From an uncultured Nitrospira sp. (GTDB taxonomy: Bacteria; Nitrospirota; Nitrospiria; Nitrospirales; Nitrospiraceae): a stretch of 64,000 bases of DNA. The stretch is from the NCBI GenBank assembly GCA_902500755.1, contig CABVRV010000003.1:9471-73470 (forward strand). Reading direction: 5' to 3'. Made by a program: the position numbers and the translations under genes. The notes under the pieces were generated by a model, which made no database searches, was not told the DNA's origin, and was given only the letters and a program-made list of their open reading frames with translations. Numbering within the stretch: position 1 is the first letter of the stretch; each line of letters starts with the position of its first letter. Below are positions 46,185-56,008 of this stretch, one piece after another.

Positions 46185-48281
46185 CTAGGATGGCTGTGCC
46201 AATTCCAAGTCGATGCGAACAGTATCGAGGGATTGCAAACGAACGAAAGAATCAACTTCGTTTAGTCCCATCACGGGCACGGAATGCAACAGACGATCAC
46301 TGTGCCGCCGGAGGTGGCGGCGCACCGCTTGAGAACACAGGACAATCGGTTGCTGCCCTCGAGCCGCAACCCGCTCAGCCGCTTGTTTCAAGTTGCTCAG
46401 AAGTTTATGCGAGACCGTCGGATCGAGGTTCAATGCGACGCCAGGCGGCAAAGCTGCCACTTGGTCCGCTAAAGACCGATCAAGTCGTGGGTCCAACGTA
46501 ATGACCTGGAGCGTACCGTCCGGTGCCTGATATTGTTTGGTGATAGTCCTCGCAAGCGACTGCCGCGCATATTCCGTCAGGATGTCTGCATCTTTCGTAT
46601 TCGTGGCCTGATCTGAAACAGCCTCCAGGATGGATCGGATGTCTCGAATTGGAATGCCTTCTTTGAGCAGATTTCCGAGGACACGCACGACTGTCCCAAG
46701 CGGCAGCAGTGTTGGGATGAGTTCTTCTACCAATTTAGGGTGCGACTTCCCAACTTCATCCAATAACGCTTGAACCTCTTGCCTTCCCAGTAATTCATGG
46801 CCATGACGCTTGATCAACTCGGAAAGATGTGTGGCGATGGCGGAACTCGCATCAACCACCGTATAACCGGCCATTTGAGCTTGCTCTCGAGCATCATCAG
46901 GAACCCAGAGAGCTGGCAAGCCAAACGCAGGTTCTTTGGTCTCAATCCCCTGCACCAACCCTCGCTGACCGGTGCCAGGATCAATCGCCAAGAGATGGCC
47001 TGGCACCACGTCGGCCTTCGCAACTTCCACCCCCTTCAAAATAATGGCATATTCGTTCGGGCGTAGCTGCAGGTTGTCACGGATATGAATCGGCGGCACA
47101 ACAAAGCCCATCGATTCGGCGAATTGTCGACGTAACGCCTTAATCCTATCGAGCAACGCAGTCCCTTGCGTGCCCTCAACCAGTCCGATCAGTCCATACC
47201 CTACCTGGACTTCCATGAGATCGAGCGGCGTCACACGAGTCATCCCTTCTTCTACTTTGGCGGTGACAGGAGCTGGTGTTGGGGCTGCCTGAATCTGTTC
47301 CTGCTGATGGAGATGGTAGGCAATCCATGCGACAGCGCTTCCCAACAACAGGAAGGCTGCATGGGGAAGGCCAGGAACAAGTCCAAGCGCCAAAAGAATG
47401 CCTGCGGCGATCCCCACTGCTTTGGAGGACATCAACAGCTGACGAGCCATCTCCCCGCCTAGGTCTGTTTCTGAAGCAGCCCGAGTCACAACGATACCGG
47501 CCGCAGTCGAAACAATCAGCGCCGGAATCTGCGCGACTAATCCTTCACCAACGGTGAGCACCGTATAGGTCTGCGCTGCCAGCCCCGGACTCATCCCTTG
47601 CTGCAGAATGCCGATCGCCAACCCACCGAGAATGTTGACCAAAATGATAATCACAGCCGCGATCGCGTCGCCTCGCACGAATTTGCTGGCACCGTCCATC
47701 GCACCGTAAAAGTCCGCCTCTTCCGTAATCTCCCGCCTTCGGCGTCGCGCCTCGGTTTCGTTGATCAGACCGGAGTTAAGATCCGCGTCAATGCTCATCT
47801 GTTTCCCGGGCATCGCATCCAGCGTGAACCGAGCAGCCACCTCGGCCACGCGCCCTGCCCCTTTCGTCACCACGACAAAATTGATGATGACGAGTATGGT
47901 GAAGACCACCAAGCCGACTGTGTAATTCCCTCCCACAATGAAATTTCCGAATGCCCGAATGACTTCCCCGGCCGCCCCGGCCCCTTCATTGCCATGCAGC
48001 AAGATCAGTCTGGTCGACGCAATATTGAGGGACAACCGGAACAACGTGATCATGAGAAGAATCGAAGGAAACACAGAAAACTCGATCGGCCGCCGCACTT
48101 GAAGTCCCACCAGCAGAATGAGGACCGAGAGGGTAATATCAAAACTCAACAGCAAATCGAGCATGAACCGTGGCAACGGCAGCAACATCACCATGATAAT
48201 GGCTACAACCCCGACGGACATCATGATGTCCGGGTGTTTAAGGAACTGCGTCGGTCCTACTGGTTCTGTTGCTGTTGTCAT
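46185..48281 (-). CDS. flhA: Export gate FlhA
   Basis: ARFTLDAMPGKQMSIDADL, FYGAMDGASKFVRGDA. Confidence 0.97.
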   Translation of the reverse strand: MTTATEPVGPTQFLKHPDIMMSVGVVAIIMVMLLPLPRFMLDLLLSFDITLSVLILLVGLQVRRPIEFSVFPSILLMITLFRLSLNIASTRLILLHGNEGAGAAGEVIRAFGNFIVGGNYTVGLVVFTILVIINFVVVTKGAGRVAEVAARFTLDAMPGKQMSIDADLNSGLINETEARRRRREITEEADFYGAMDGASKFVRGDAIAAVIIILVNILGGLAIGILQQGMSPGLAAQTYTVLTVGEGLVAQIPALIVSTAAGIVVTRAASETDLGGEMARQLLMSSKAVGIAAGILLALGLVPGLPHAAFLLLGSAVAWIAYHLHQQEQIQAAPTPAPVTAKVEEGMTRVTPLDLMEVQVGYGLIGLVEGTQGTALLDRIKALRRQFAESMGFVVPPIHIRDNLQLRPNEYAIILKGVEVAKADVVPGHLLAIDPGTGQRGLVQGIETKEPAFGLPALWVPDDAREQAQMAGYTVVDASSAIATHLSELIKRHGHELLGRQEVQALLDEVGKSHPKLVEELIPTLLPLGTVVRVLGNLLKEGIPIRDIRSILEAVSDQATNTKDADILTEYARQSLARTITKQYQAPDGTLQVITLDPRLDRSLADQVAALPPGVALNLDPTVSHKLLSNLKQAAERVAARGQQPIVLCSQAVRRHLRRHSDRLLHSVPVMGLNEVDSFVRLQSLDTVRIDLELAQPS

Positions 48282-48304
48282 AACTGTACGTGCCTATATC
48301 ATGC

Positions 48305-49384
48305 TCATGGTGTTACGCCTTTAGCGCGATACACGAACGCCAGGATCTCGGCCACCGCACGATAGAGATCATTGGGAATCTCCCTCCCAATATCGACAAG
48401 TTTAAAGATCGTTCTTGCAACAAACTTGTTTTCGATGACCGCCACTCCATGATGCCGCGCCAGCTCTCGGATACGCTCCGCAATCAGACCCGCGCCCTTC
48501 GCGACAACAACCGGCGCCGACATCTTTGACGTGTCATATTTCAGGGCGACCGCCAAATGTGTCGGGTTCGTGATCACGACGTCCGCCGTCTTGACCGCAG
48601 CCATCATGCGTTTCTTTGTAAGTTCTCGCTGGACAGTCCGCACTCGATTCTTGATCAGAGGGTCGCCTTCCGTGGTTTTGTGTTCTTCCTTAATCTCTTC
48701 CTTCGACATGCGAAGGTCTCGTTCCCATTCATAGCGCTGATAGAAATAGTCGAGCACTGCGAGCACTGCGATGGCTCCAGAAACAACCAATCCGACTTTG
48801 AGGGACAATTGACCGGTCACCTGCAAGACGGACCCCAAATCGAACTCGATCAGTTCCGGAATTCGTAGGATGTCGTAGCGTGCGACCCAGATACCGACAC
48901 CCGTCACAATTGCGATCTTCAGCAGGCCTTTGATCAACTCCATCACGGAGCGGAAGGAGGTCAGTTTGGAGAGCCCTTTGATCGGATTGATGCGGGCGAA
49001 CTCCGGTTGCAGTCCGTTTGATTTCCATAACAGGCCTGTCTGCAGCAGCGAGGCGGCGCTTCCCAGCACCAACACCCCCACGACGATCGGGAGACTTAAC
49101 GCAAAGACTGTGAGCCCGGCCTGAATCACGACCATATAGACCTGTTCAATCGACATCCCATCGTAAAAGTCGACTGGAAAGGAGAGCGTCAGACCTTGTC
49201 GTGTCATCTCCGTCATTCGTTGAAGACCGACCGGCAACATGGCGGCCAACAACCCAATGCCGCCTACCAGAATAGCCGCCGTTGACACGTCGCGGCTCAT
49301 GGCGACCTGCCCCTTTCGGCGTGCTTCCTCCTTTCGCTTCGGAGTCGCGGGCTCTGTCTTGTTCGACTTATCGTCTTCAGCCAT
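48305..49384 (-). CDS. flhB: Export switch FlhB
   Basis: KTEPAT, EGDP, ITNPTH autocleavage site. Confidence 0.97.
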   Translation of the reverse strand: MAEDDKSNKTEPATPKRKEEARRKGQVAMSRDVSTAAILVGGIGLLAAMLPVGLQRMTEMTRQGLTLSFPVDFYDGMSIEQVYMVVIQAGLTVFALSLPIVVGVLVLGSAASLLQTGLLWKSNGLQPEFARINPIKGLSKLTSFRSVMELIKGLLKIAIVTGVGIWVARYDILRIPELIEFDLGSVLQVTGQLSLKVGLVVSGAIAVLAVLDYFYQRYEWERDLRMSKEEIKEEHKTTEGDPLIKNRVRTVQRELTKKRMMAAVKTADVVITNPTHLAVALKYDTSKMSAPVVVAKGAGLIAERIRELARHHGVAVIENKFVARTIFKLVDIGREIPNDLYRAVAEILAFVYRAKGVTP

Positions 49385-50165
49385 GTCCCAACGCTTTTAG
49401 AAGTGCCTGAATCGTCAGTTGGAGACGTTCTATCTCACGAGCCAAGAGGTTCACCGTAAAAGGCATCGAGAGCGCCAGTATGGCCAATCCACCGGCAATC
49501 GTGACGGGAAAGCTTATAACGAACACATTGATTTGACTGACCGCTCGTCCCAGCATGGCTAAAAGGATATTAATCATGAAAATCACGACGAGCACGGGTG
49601 CGGCCAACTTCAAGCCGAGCACGAACATGTTCTGAGAAAGACGCAGGACATCATCGCCCACTTCGCTTGGAAGGGAGGCCCCAAACGCTGGAATAGCCTC
49701 GTAGCTTGACAGAATAGTGGCAACGAGAATCATGTGCCCATTGAGAGAGAGAAACACGAGCGACGCCAGCAAGGTGAAGTATCGACCGATGATCGGAGTT
49801 TGGTGCGCGGTGGCCGGATCGAAAAGCTGGACGACACCAAACCCCATTTGGATGCCGATCAATTCACCCGCAACCTCCAGCGCGCTGAAAAACAGCCGCA
49901 CGGCCAGTCCGATCGCCAATCCGATCGTCATTTCGCTCACGAGTCCTGCGGCGAGAGCCAGCGGATCATAGGGCACGACCGGAAGATGGACCATCGGAGC
50001 TAGCAACAATCCCAATGCCAGAATAAGAGCAACTTTGATTTTCAGTGGAACCGCTCGTCCGCTCAAGACAGGAAATGCGGCCAGTAGCCCTCCAATCCTG
50101 GAAATGAGGACTAAGAATGCCTGGAATTCAGGAAGCAGAATGTGGATCGGCTGCGTGAACGCCAT
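49377..50165 (-). CDS. fliR: FliR
   Basis: AGELIGIQMGFG, RAVSQINVF..FP. Confidence 0.95.
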   Translation of the reverse strand: MAFTQPIHILLPEFQAFLVLISRIGGLLAAFPVLSGRAVPLKIKVALILALGLLLAPMVHLPVVPYDPLALAAGLVSEMTIGLAIGLAVRLFFSALEVAGELIGIQMGFGVVQLFDPATAHQTPIIGRYFTLLASLVFLSLNGHMILVATILSSYEAIPAFGASLPSEVGDDVLRLSQNMFVLGLKLAAPVLVVIFMINILLAMLGRAVSQINVFVISFPVTIAGGLAILALSMPFTVNLLAREIERLQLTIQALLKALGHG

Positions 50166-50174
50166 TGTTTGTTA

Positions 50175-50444
50175 CTAGTGCACGTAGTTAGGAATATTCA
50201 TGAACAGATTTGACATATAGGCCGTCATCACGTTCAGCATCCATGGAAGAAACACGAGGAGAGCTCCGAAAAGGGCCAACACTTTCGGCACAAAGGTCAG
50301 CGTGGCTTCATTCAGCTGCGTCATGGCCTGGAGCGCGCTGATGGCCAGCCCGATGAACAGACTCAGCCCAAGAATCGGGGATGACACCAGCAACGTCGTT
50401 TCCAATGCTTGTCTACCCAGTTCGGTCACCATCTCCGGCGTCAT
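50175..50444 (-). CDS. fliQ: FliQ
   Basis: QAMTQLNEATLTFVPK. Confidence 0.96.
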   Translation of the reverse strand: MTPEMVTELGRQALETTLLVSSPILGLSLFIGLAISALQAMTQLNEATLTFVPKVLALFGALLVFLPWMLNVMTAYMSNLFMNIPNYVH

Positions 50445-50544
50445 GTGTTCCCCTCTCGTGAGAGCTTGTCACCACACGCTACGCTGCCGCCGATTACTCC
50501 TCCAGGATCTCTCGCCGACAACTCTACGCGAAGAGACAACTCAC

Positions 50545-51312
50545 TCACTGAAAGCTTCGCACCATCGATCCCACCACGAGATACCACCCATCGGCCAAGA
50601 CGAAGAGAATCAACTTGAACGGAAGAGAAATCACCACAGGAGGCAGCAGCATCATCCCCATCGACATGAGAATGCTCGCGACGACCATATCGACGATGAG
50701 AAATGGAATGTAAATTAAAAACCCGATTTGGAATGCAATCCGAAGCTCGCTGAGAATAAACGCGGGGATGATGGCATGGGTCGGGACATCCTCGATTCGT
50801 TCTGGCTTCGGGATTTTACTCAATGTGATGAACAGTTCAAGATCCTTGTCCCGCACTTGTCGTAGCATGAACCCTCGCACCGGTTCGCTCCCCTTTTTCC
50901 ATGCCTCTTCGTACGAGATCTGCTCAGCCATGAGCGGTTGTACGGCGCTGTTGTACACAGCCTGACCGACCGGAGCCATAATGAACATCGTCAAGAACAA
51001 CGCCAAAGACAGGAGCACTTGATTCGGAGGGACCGCCTGAGTGCCGAGAGCCTGACGCAGGAATGACAGCACGATGACAATCCTCGTGAACGAGGTGACC
51101 ATAATGAAGAGGGCCGGCGCCAAGGACAGCACCGTGAGGAGAATTAAGATTTGTATGACGACGGCAGTCTGTTTGGGACCGTCTGGTCCGAAATCGAAAC
51201 TGATGGACGGACCACTCGCCACCGCATCCGAGAGCGGGATCAGGAGGAGTGCCGTTGCACAGAGACCAGTCACCCACATGATGGTATTCCGCCATTGTCG
51301 ACTCTTACCCAT
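50545..51312 (-). CDS. fliP: FliP
   Basis: TSFTRIVIVL, PPNQVL, SMGMMLLPPVVISLPFK; start inferred at ATG 51312. Confidence 0.96.
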   Translation of the reverse strand: MGKSRQWRNTIMWVTGLCATALLLIPLSDAVASGPSISFDFGPDGPKQTAVVIQILILLTVLSLAPALFIMVTSFTRIVIVLSFLRQALGTQAVPPNQVLLSLALFLTMFIMAPVGQAVYNSAVQPLMAEQISYEEAWKKGSEPVRGFMLRQVRDKDLELFITLSKIPKPERIEDVPTHAIIPAFILSELRIAFQIGFLIYIPFLIVDMVVASILMSMGMMLLPPVVISLPFKLILFVLADGWYLVVGSMVRSFQ

Positions 51313-51709
51313 GCGCATCCTTATCGGAACGGACCGGAACGACCGGCCAACGCTGAAGCCAGGACGAAAAGACTGAACCCGGCAGGGATGACGTCGGCGT
51401 TGCTGCTGCCTCCGTGGTTTGCGCCAATAATTCATGTAATCGGGTCGAATCATTGAGACGCCCCAAAGGAACGAGATCAGTTGCCGTCGTCCCAACGATC
51501 AGATACTCGCCGGCGACCGACACGAGCGACACGGTCTTACGCGGGGCGAGATATCCCGTCGCCAGCACTTGAACGAGTGGACGCCCTCCCACCACTCCCA
51601 AGCGATGCCCCATTACGCGGCGGACAATGACCGTCGCAATCCCCATCAACACCAGGACAATGGCCAAGGCGGAAACGGTACGGAACAGGCTTTCCCACAG
51701 ATCGATCAC
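51305..51709 (-). CDS. fliO: FliO
   Basis: One TM helix then LAPRKTVSLVSVAGEYLIVG; GTG start behind GGAG. Confidence 0.88.
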   Translation of the reverse strand: MIDLWESLFRTVSALAIVLVLMGIATVIVRRVMGHRLGVVGGRPLVQVLATGYLAPRKTVSLVSVAGEYLIVGTTATDLVPLGRLNDSTRLHELLAQTTEAAATPTSSLPGSVFSSWLQRWPVVPVRSDKDAHG

Positions 51710-51728
51710 AACCGCTCCCTCTGACCGG

Positions 51729-52097
51729 TTAACGAAGCTGCTGCACGCGCTCCGCGGCACTCACCACATCTGTCAGTCGAATGCCGAATTTTTCATTCAC
51801 GACCACGACTTCACCACGGGCAACGAGTTTGTTATTCACCATCACTTCCATCGGTTCACCCGCCAATTTATCCAGTTCGATGACGGAGCCTTGGGCGAGT
51901 TGCAACAGATCGCGGATCGCCATCTTGGTAGACCCGACGTACACGGCTACGCTCATGGGAATATCGAGAAGGAAATCCATATTCTTCGGGGTTCCTCCTG
52001 TTTCCGTCCCTTGAACGGACGGAAACGAGGCAGGCTTAGGAACACCCTTCCCTTCCGCTTGAAGATCCGTGCGCATCGCAGATTCTGATTCAGCCAT
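51729..52097 (-). CDS. fliN: C-ring protein FliN
   Basis: LLDIPMSV, GSVIELDKLAGEP, ARGEVVVVNEKFGIR. Confidence 0.96.
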   Translation of the reverse strand: MAESESAMRTDLQAEGKGVPKPASFPSVQGTETGGTPKNMDFLLDIPMSVAVYVGSTKMAIRDLLQLAQGSVIELDKLAGEPMEVMVNNKLVARGEVVVVNEKFGIRLTDVVSAAERVQQLR

Positions 52098-52122
52098 AAT
52101 CGCTCTCTTCGTTCTGTAAGGA

Positions 52123-53097
52123 TTAATTCATCGTTGTGGTCACACGACAGGCATGATTGCCCTTGTAGATACCGGGGCTGCCCTGAAACTTGTGATAGCC
52201 CTCGATGTAACAATCGAGCGGGTCACCTGGACGCTGATCAAGTAAGATGACGTCTCCAGCTGAAAAGTTCATCACATCTTTTACCGTCACCGTGGCAGTT
52301 CCAAGTCGTACCGCGATCGGAAGAGGGCATTCTTGCAATCGTTCGCGGAATCGCTGACTCCAGTCGCCATTCTGATCCACTTGATCGGACACTAACCCAG
52401 AGTAGAGTTTTTCTTTGATTGGCTCGAGCATCGCATAGGGATACACGATGTGTAGCTCCCGCGCAGTTTCCCCCAGCACGACTTGCAGCGTAACGACCAC
52501 AACGATCTCGGAGGACGTGACCACCATTGCGAACTGAGGATTAGTTTCAGACCGCAAATGCTCCACTTTCACCGGCACGACGGCTTGCCATGCTTTCTCA
52601 AGGTCGACGAGAGCCTGTAGCAGCAACTTTTTGATGATCCTCAATTGGACAGGGGTAAAGTCTCGTCCTTCGAGTTTCACATGGGTCTGACCTTTCCCAC
52701 CGAAAAAATAATCCACGATCAAATACACGAGGAACGCATCCATCACGAAGAGGGCGCTGCCTCGTAACGGCGGCATATGGAACACGTTTAAGGACGACGG
52801 TATCGGCACCTTCTTCAGAAATTCGCCAAACTTGATCACCTGCGTCCCGACGACGACGAATTCGACCGCGTCGCGAAACATGTTGGTCCAGGATACGGAT
52901 TGGCGGCGAATGAACCGATCGTTGACCATCTCCATGGTCGGCATTCGACCACGAATGATCCGCTCTTGGTTGAACAAATCGTATTGCCTGACGCCTTTAG
53001 CGACCGCCTCGTTTTCCTTGGGCGCCGTATCGACTTCTCCTGACACCACTCCTTTCAAGAGCGCATCGATCTCGTCTTGAGAGAGAATTTTTTCCAT
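52123..53097 (-). CDS. fliM: C-ring protein FliM
   Basis: LSQDEIDALL CheY-binding motif; C-terminal SpoA domain. Confidence 0.96.
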   Translation of the reverse strand: MEKILSQDEIDALLKGVVSGEVDTAPKENEAVAKGVRQYDLFNQERIIRGRMPTMEMVNDRFIRRQSVSWTNMFRDAVEFVVVGTQVIKFGEFLKKVPIPSSLNVFHMPPLRGSALFVMDAFLVYLIVDYFFGGKGQTHVKLEGRDFTPVQLRIIKKLLLQALVDLEKAWQAVVPVKVEHLRSETNPQFAMVVTSSEIVVVVTLQVVLGETARELHIVYPYAMLEPIKEKLYSGLVSDQVDQNGDWSQRFRERLQECPLPIAVRLGTATVTVKDVMNFSAGDVILLDQRPGDPLDCYIEGYHKFQGSPGIYKGNHACRVTTTMN

Positions 53098-53108
53098 GGC
53101 AACGGCTT

Positions 53109-53660
53109 TTACTGCACAACGAAGTCTGTGAAATAGGCGGACCGGACACCGGGTTTAGTGAGGAGACCATTGACCCGTTGAGTGATTTCGTCGCGCAACT
53201 GAAATTTCCCTTGTGTCGTTCTCACGGCATTCACATCCTTGCTGCTGAGCAGAACGAGCACGGCATCTCGGACTTGAGGGACTCGTGCGGACAGGTCAGC
53301 AGACACAGCTTCATTTTCCACCTCAAGCTTGATGGTCAGTTTCAAGTAACGAACCTCCGGTGTATCCGCAAGGTTCACAATGAAAGGGTCCAAATCGACC
53401 ATGACTCCTGGTGCGGTGGCCTTGCTTTGTTTCCCTCCGGGTCCACTATGAGACTCGGACTTCACTGCAACCTCACTTTTATGCTCTTCAGAAGTTTCTG
53501 AAGATTTGTCCGACCCGTCTAGAAATTTGACGGCCACCATCGCTCCCCCCACGCCAAAGACGAGGGCCGCAACGGAAACGATAATGAGTAATTTAATTGG
53601 AAACGCTGGAGCGGGGGCCGCTACTGAAGCCTTTTCATCTGCCGCGGCTGCATCTGCCAT
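53109..53660 (-). CDS. fliL: FliL
   Basis: TM helix; LDPFIVNL, PQVRDAVL, YFTDFVVQ. Confidence 0.93.
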   Translation of the reverse strand: MADAAAADEKASVAAPAPAFPIKLLIIVSVAALVFGVGGAMVAVKFLDGSDKSSETSEEHKSEVAVKSESHSGPGGKQSKATAPGVMVDLDPFIVNLADTPEVRYLKLTIKLEVENEAVSADLSARVPQVRDAVLVLLSSKDVNAVRTTQGKFQLRDEITQRVNGLLTKPGVRSAYFTDFVVQ

Positions 53661-53700
53661 AACTCCTCCTCGAGTGACTCATTGGCCAGCTCAGGGAGGT

Positions 53701-53716
53701 TGCAATGCATATGCCA
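53701..53716 (-). promoter_or_regulatory. sigma54 promoter for the fliL-fliM-fliN-fliOPQR-flhBAFG-fliA operon
   Basis: Minus strand TGGCAT-ATGCA-TTGCA. Confidence 0.85.
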
Positions 53717-53818
53717 TTTCCTCCTCATCGGATTCGGATCTCGGAGACCATTAATCAACGCTCCTGGCGTATGATTTCATGCCGAGTGCGGTACCCGATG
53801 GGATTCGGAACTGCTGGT

Positions 53819-53855
53819 TGTCAATCAATCCGTTGACACCGTCAAGAAACTGACG
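53819..53855. promoter_or_regulatory. Candidate enhancer (UAS) palindromes / IHF site upstream of the fliL sigma54 promoter
   Basis: TGTCAA-N8-TTGACA, CGTCA-N6-TGACG; AATCAAtccgTTG matches IHF WATCARN4TTR. Confidence 0.45.
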
Positions 53856-53917
53856 TAACGAGAGGTGGGTCGAGCCGGAAAGAAGACGACTTCGTTCGAG
53901 CCTAGCGCGTGCAGGTG

Positions 53918-53940
53918 GCCCGGGAGCGGCGCTCCCGGGC
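53918..53940. terminator. GC-rich hairpin downstream of flgE
   Basis: gcccgggagc-ggc-gctcccgggc perfect 10-bp stem; no U-tract on the minus side. Confidence 0.55.
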
Positions 53941-53954
53941 TAAAACCGATCACC

Positions 53955-55313
53955 CTATCGTTTCAGATTGACCAACTCTTGGAGAAGTTCATCCGATGTC
54001 GTAATGACTCTCGAGTTGGCTTGGAATCCCCGCTGCGCGGCAATCATGTCGATAAAGTTTTCTCCAAGGTCCACGTTGGACAACTCGAGCGTGTTGGACA
54101 AGACTCGCCCGAGGCCAGCAAACGTGGGCGGCCCAACCAACGGCTGCCCGGATGCGCCTGACTCGGCGAATGTGTTCTTACCAGTTCGAAGTAGTCCAAG
54201 TGGATCGGCAAATCGTGCAAGAGCTAGTTGAGCCAAGGGACGAATTTGTCCATTGGAGAATCTTCCGTTGATAAGTCCATTGGTCTCCACAGAGACCGTC
54301 TGAAGCGCCCCGGCACCGAACCCATTCTGACTCTGCTGAACCAATCCTGACGGTGCTCCAAATTGCGTGGTAAGATCGACTCCGGCCCCACTGTCCGTTG
54401 TCACGCTCGCACCGAAATTGAAAGCGAGTAGCTGATCGGCGGTTGCGCCGAGAAAATCAATTCGGGCCTCTCCCACTGTAGCCCCCGCCGCGCCGCCAGC
54501 AGTGCCGGTGTCGTAACTTGTTACGACGCTCTCGGTATCAAGGGCGCCTCCAGTGGTGAATGTCAAGGTTCCGGAGGCCACACGCACGAGCCCGAGTGGC
54601 ACGTTAATGTTGGCAGCGTTGTAATTCGCAGTGTCGATTTCGTTGGTACTGCCGACGACATTGTAGTTCCACGTATTCGCCGCAGTCTTTGAAAAGTAGG
54701 TTGTGAGCAGATGCGGATTACCAAGCGTATCATAGACTGTGAGTGACGTCGAAAACTGAGAAGTCCCGTTCGGATCTACAAGTGAAAACACGCTCGTTGG
54801 GGATTGCGAATTAAGATTCGCCCCGATATCAACCGTACTCGTCAGGTTCGGCGGCGCGGTGGTTGAGGGTAACGTGACGCCGCCGATGCTGGCTGTGATG
54901 AGCCCGTTGGCGTTGACTTGATATCCTTGGAGTAGGAATCCGCTGGGGTCGACAATGCGACTCTGCGCATCCAAGTGAAACTGTCCGGCTCGAGAATAAA
55001 AGCTCGCACCACTTGCATCCCGGAGAAGAAAAAATCCGTTGCCGTCGATCGCCAGATCGAGCCCACTACTCGAAGTACTCAGGGAACCTTGAGAAAAATT
55101 CCCCTGCACGCCGTTCAACGCCACACCCAGACCCGTCTGAAGCGTCCCCCCCACACCACCCAACGATGAAGTGATCAGATCGGCAAACACCGACCGACTG
55201 GATTTAAACCCGACCGTATTCAAGTTTGCGATGTTATTCCCTATGACCGACAATGCATTGCTGTTCGCATTGAGCCCGCTGACGCCCGTGAAAAGTGATG
55301 ACAGAATTCCCAT
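53955..55313 (-). CDS. flgE: Hook protein FlgE
   Basis: VIGNNIANLNTVGFKSSR, DLAIDGNGFF, LELSNVDL..QANSRVITT. Confidence 0.96.
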   Translation of the reverse strand: MGILSSLFTGVSGLNANSNALSVIGNNIANLNTVGFKSSRSVFADLITSSLGGVGGTLQTGLGVALNGVQGNFSQGSLSTSSSGLDLAIDGNGFFLLRDASGASFYSRAGQFHLDAQSRIVDPSGFLLQGYQVNANGLITASIGGVTLPSTTAPPNLTSTVDIGANLNSQSPTSVFSLVDPNGTSQFSTSLTVYDTLGNPHLLTTYFSKTAANTWNYNVVGSTNEIDTANYNAANINVPLGLVRVASGTLTFTTGGALDTESVVTSYDTGTAGGAAGATVGEARIDFLGATADQLLAFNFGASVTTDSGAGVDLTTQFGAPSGLVQQSQNGFGAGALQTVSVETNGLINGRFSNGQIRPLAQLALARFADPLGLLRTGKNTFAESGASGQPLVGPPTFAGLGRVLSNTLELSNVDLGENFIDMIAAQRGFQANSRVITTSDELLQELVNLKR

Positions 55314-55333
55314 CTGTGCAGTCCTCCCCTTGA

Positions 55334-55987
55334 TTATCGTAGTTCGACGATGGCGGATGGCTCAATGGCCAAATCACCGACAAGCAGTTTGGCCTGTCCC
55401 TCTTCCATACGGACCCCGGACACAGTGAGCGATGCACGCCCTTCCACTGGCACAGCCTTCCCTTCGGTATCCAGCGCCGAAATCAGATACCGATAGAGCC
55501 CTTTCGGCATCGCGATTCCATCTTGGTTCTTTCCATCCCATTCAGCTGCATAGACCCCCGCGAGTTGGTCGCGATACTCCAGGCTCCGTACAACCTGACC
55601 TTGGTGATCCTGTATGCTGACGAGAACTTTTTCGGCATTCTTGTCCAGTCTATAGCCGAAGGCCGAAGGCCCATCTCCGAGTTGAACCAGTGGTTGCCCG
55701 ATCGTGACCGTCCGACCAACCATGGGGAGCAGCGTGAACTGCAGAGACGCCGTTTGAGCGTCGAGGCTCTGCTGAAGCAGCTGCGCCTGTTTCGCGCTCT
55801 GCTCGAGCTGGCTGAACTGTGCGAGTTGCGAGACGAACTCGGTGTTGTCGGTGGGCTTCAAAGGATCCTGGTTTTTTAGCTGCGTGATGAGCAGTTTCAG
55901 AAAATCATCTTGCCCCAATGCGCGGGGCCCCGTTCGTTCAGGAGCGGGTGTCGCGCCTGCAGAATTGAGTTCGGATACATCAATCAT
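55334..55987 (-). CDS. flgD: Hook cap FlgD
   Basis: LGQDDFLKLLITQLKNQDPLKP, EWDGKNQDG. Confidence 0.96.
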   Translation of the reverse strand: MIDVSELNSAGATPAPERTGPRALGQDDFLKLLITQLKNQDPLKPTDNTEFVSQLAQFSQLEQSAKQAQLLQQSLDAQTASLQFTLLPMVGRTVTIGQPLVQLGDGPSAFGYRLDKNAEKVLVSIQDHQGQVVRSLEYRDQLAGVYAAEWDGKNQDGIAMPKGLYRYLISALDTEGKAVPVEGRASLTVSGVRMEEGQAKLLVGDLAIEPSAIVELR

Positions 55988-56008
55988 TTCCAGTATCTCC
56001 CTTGCCGC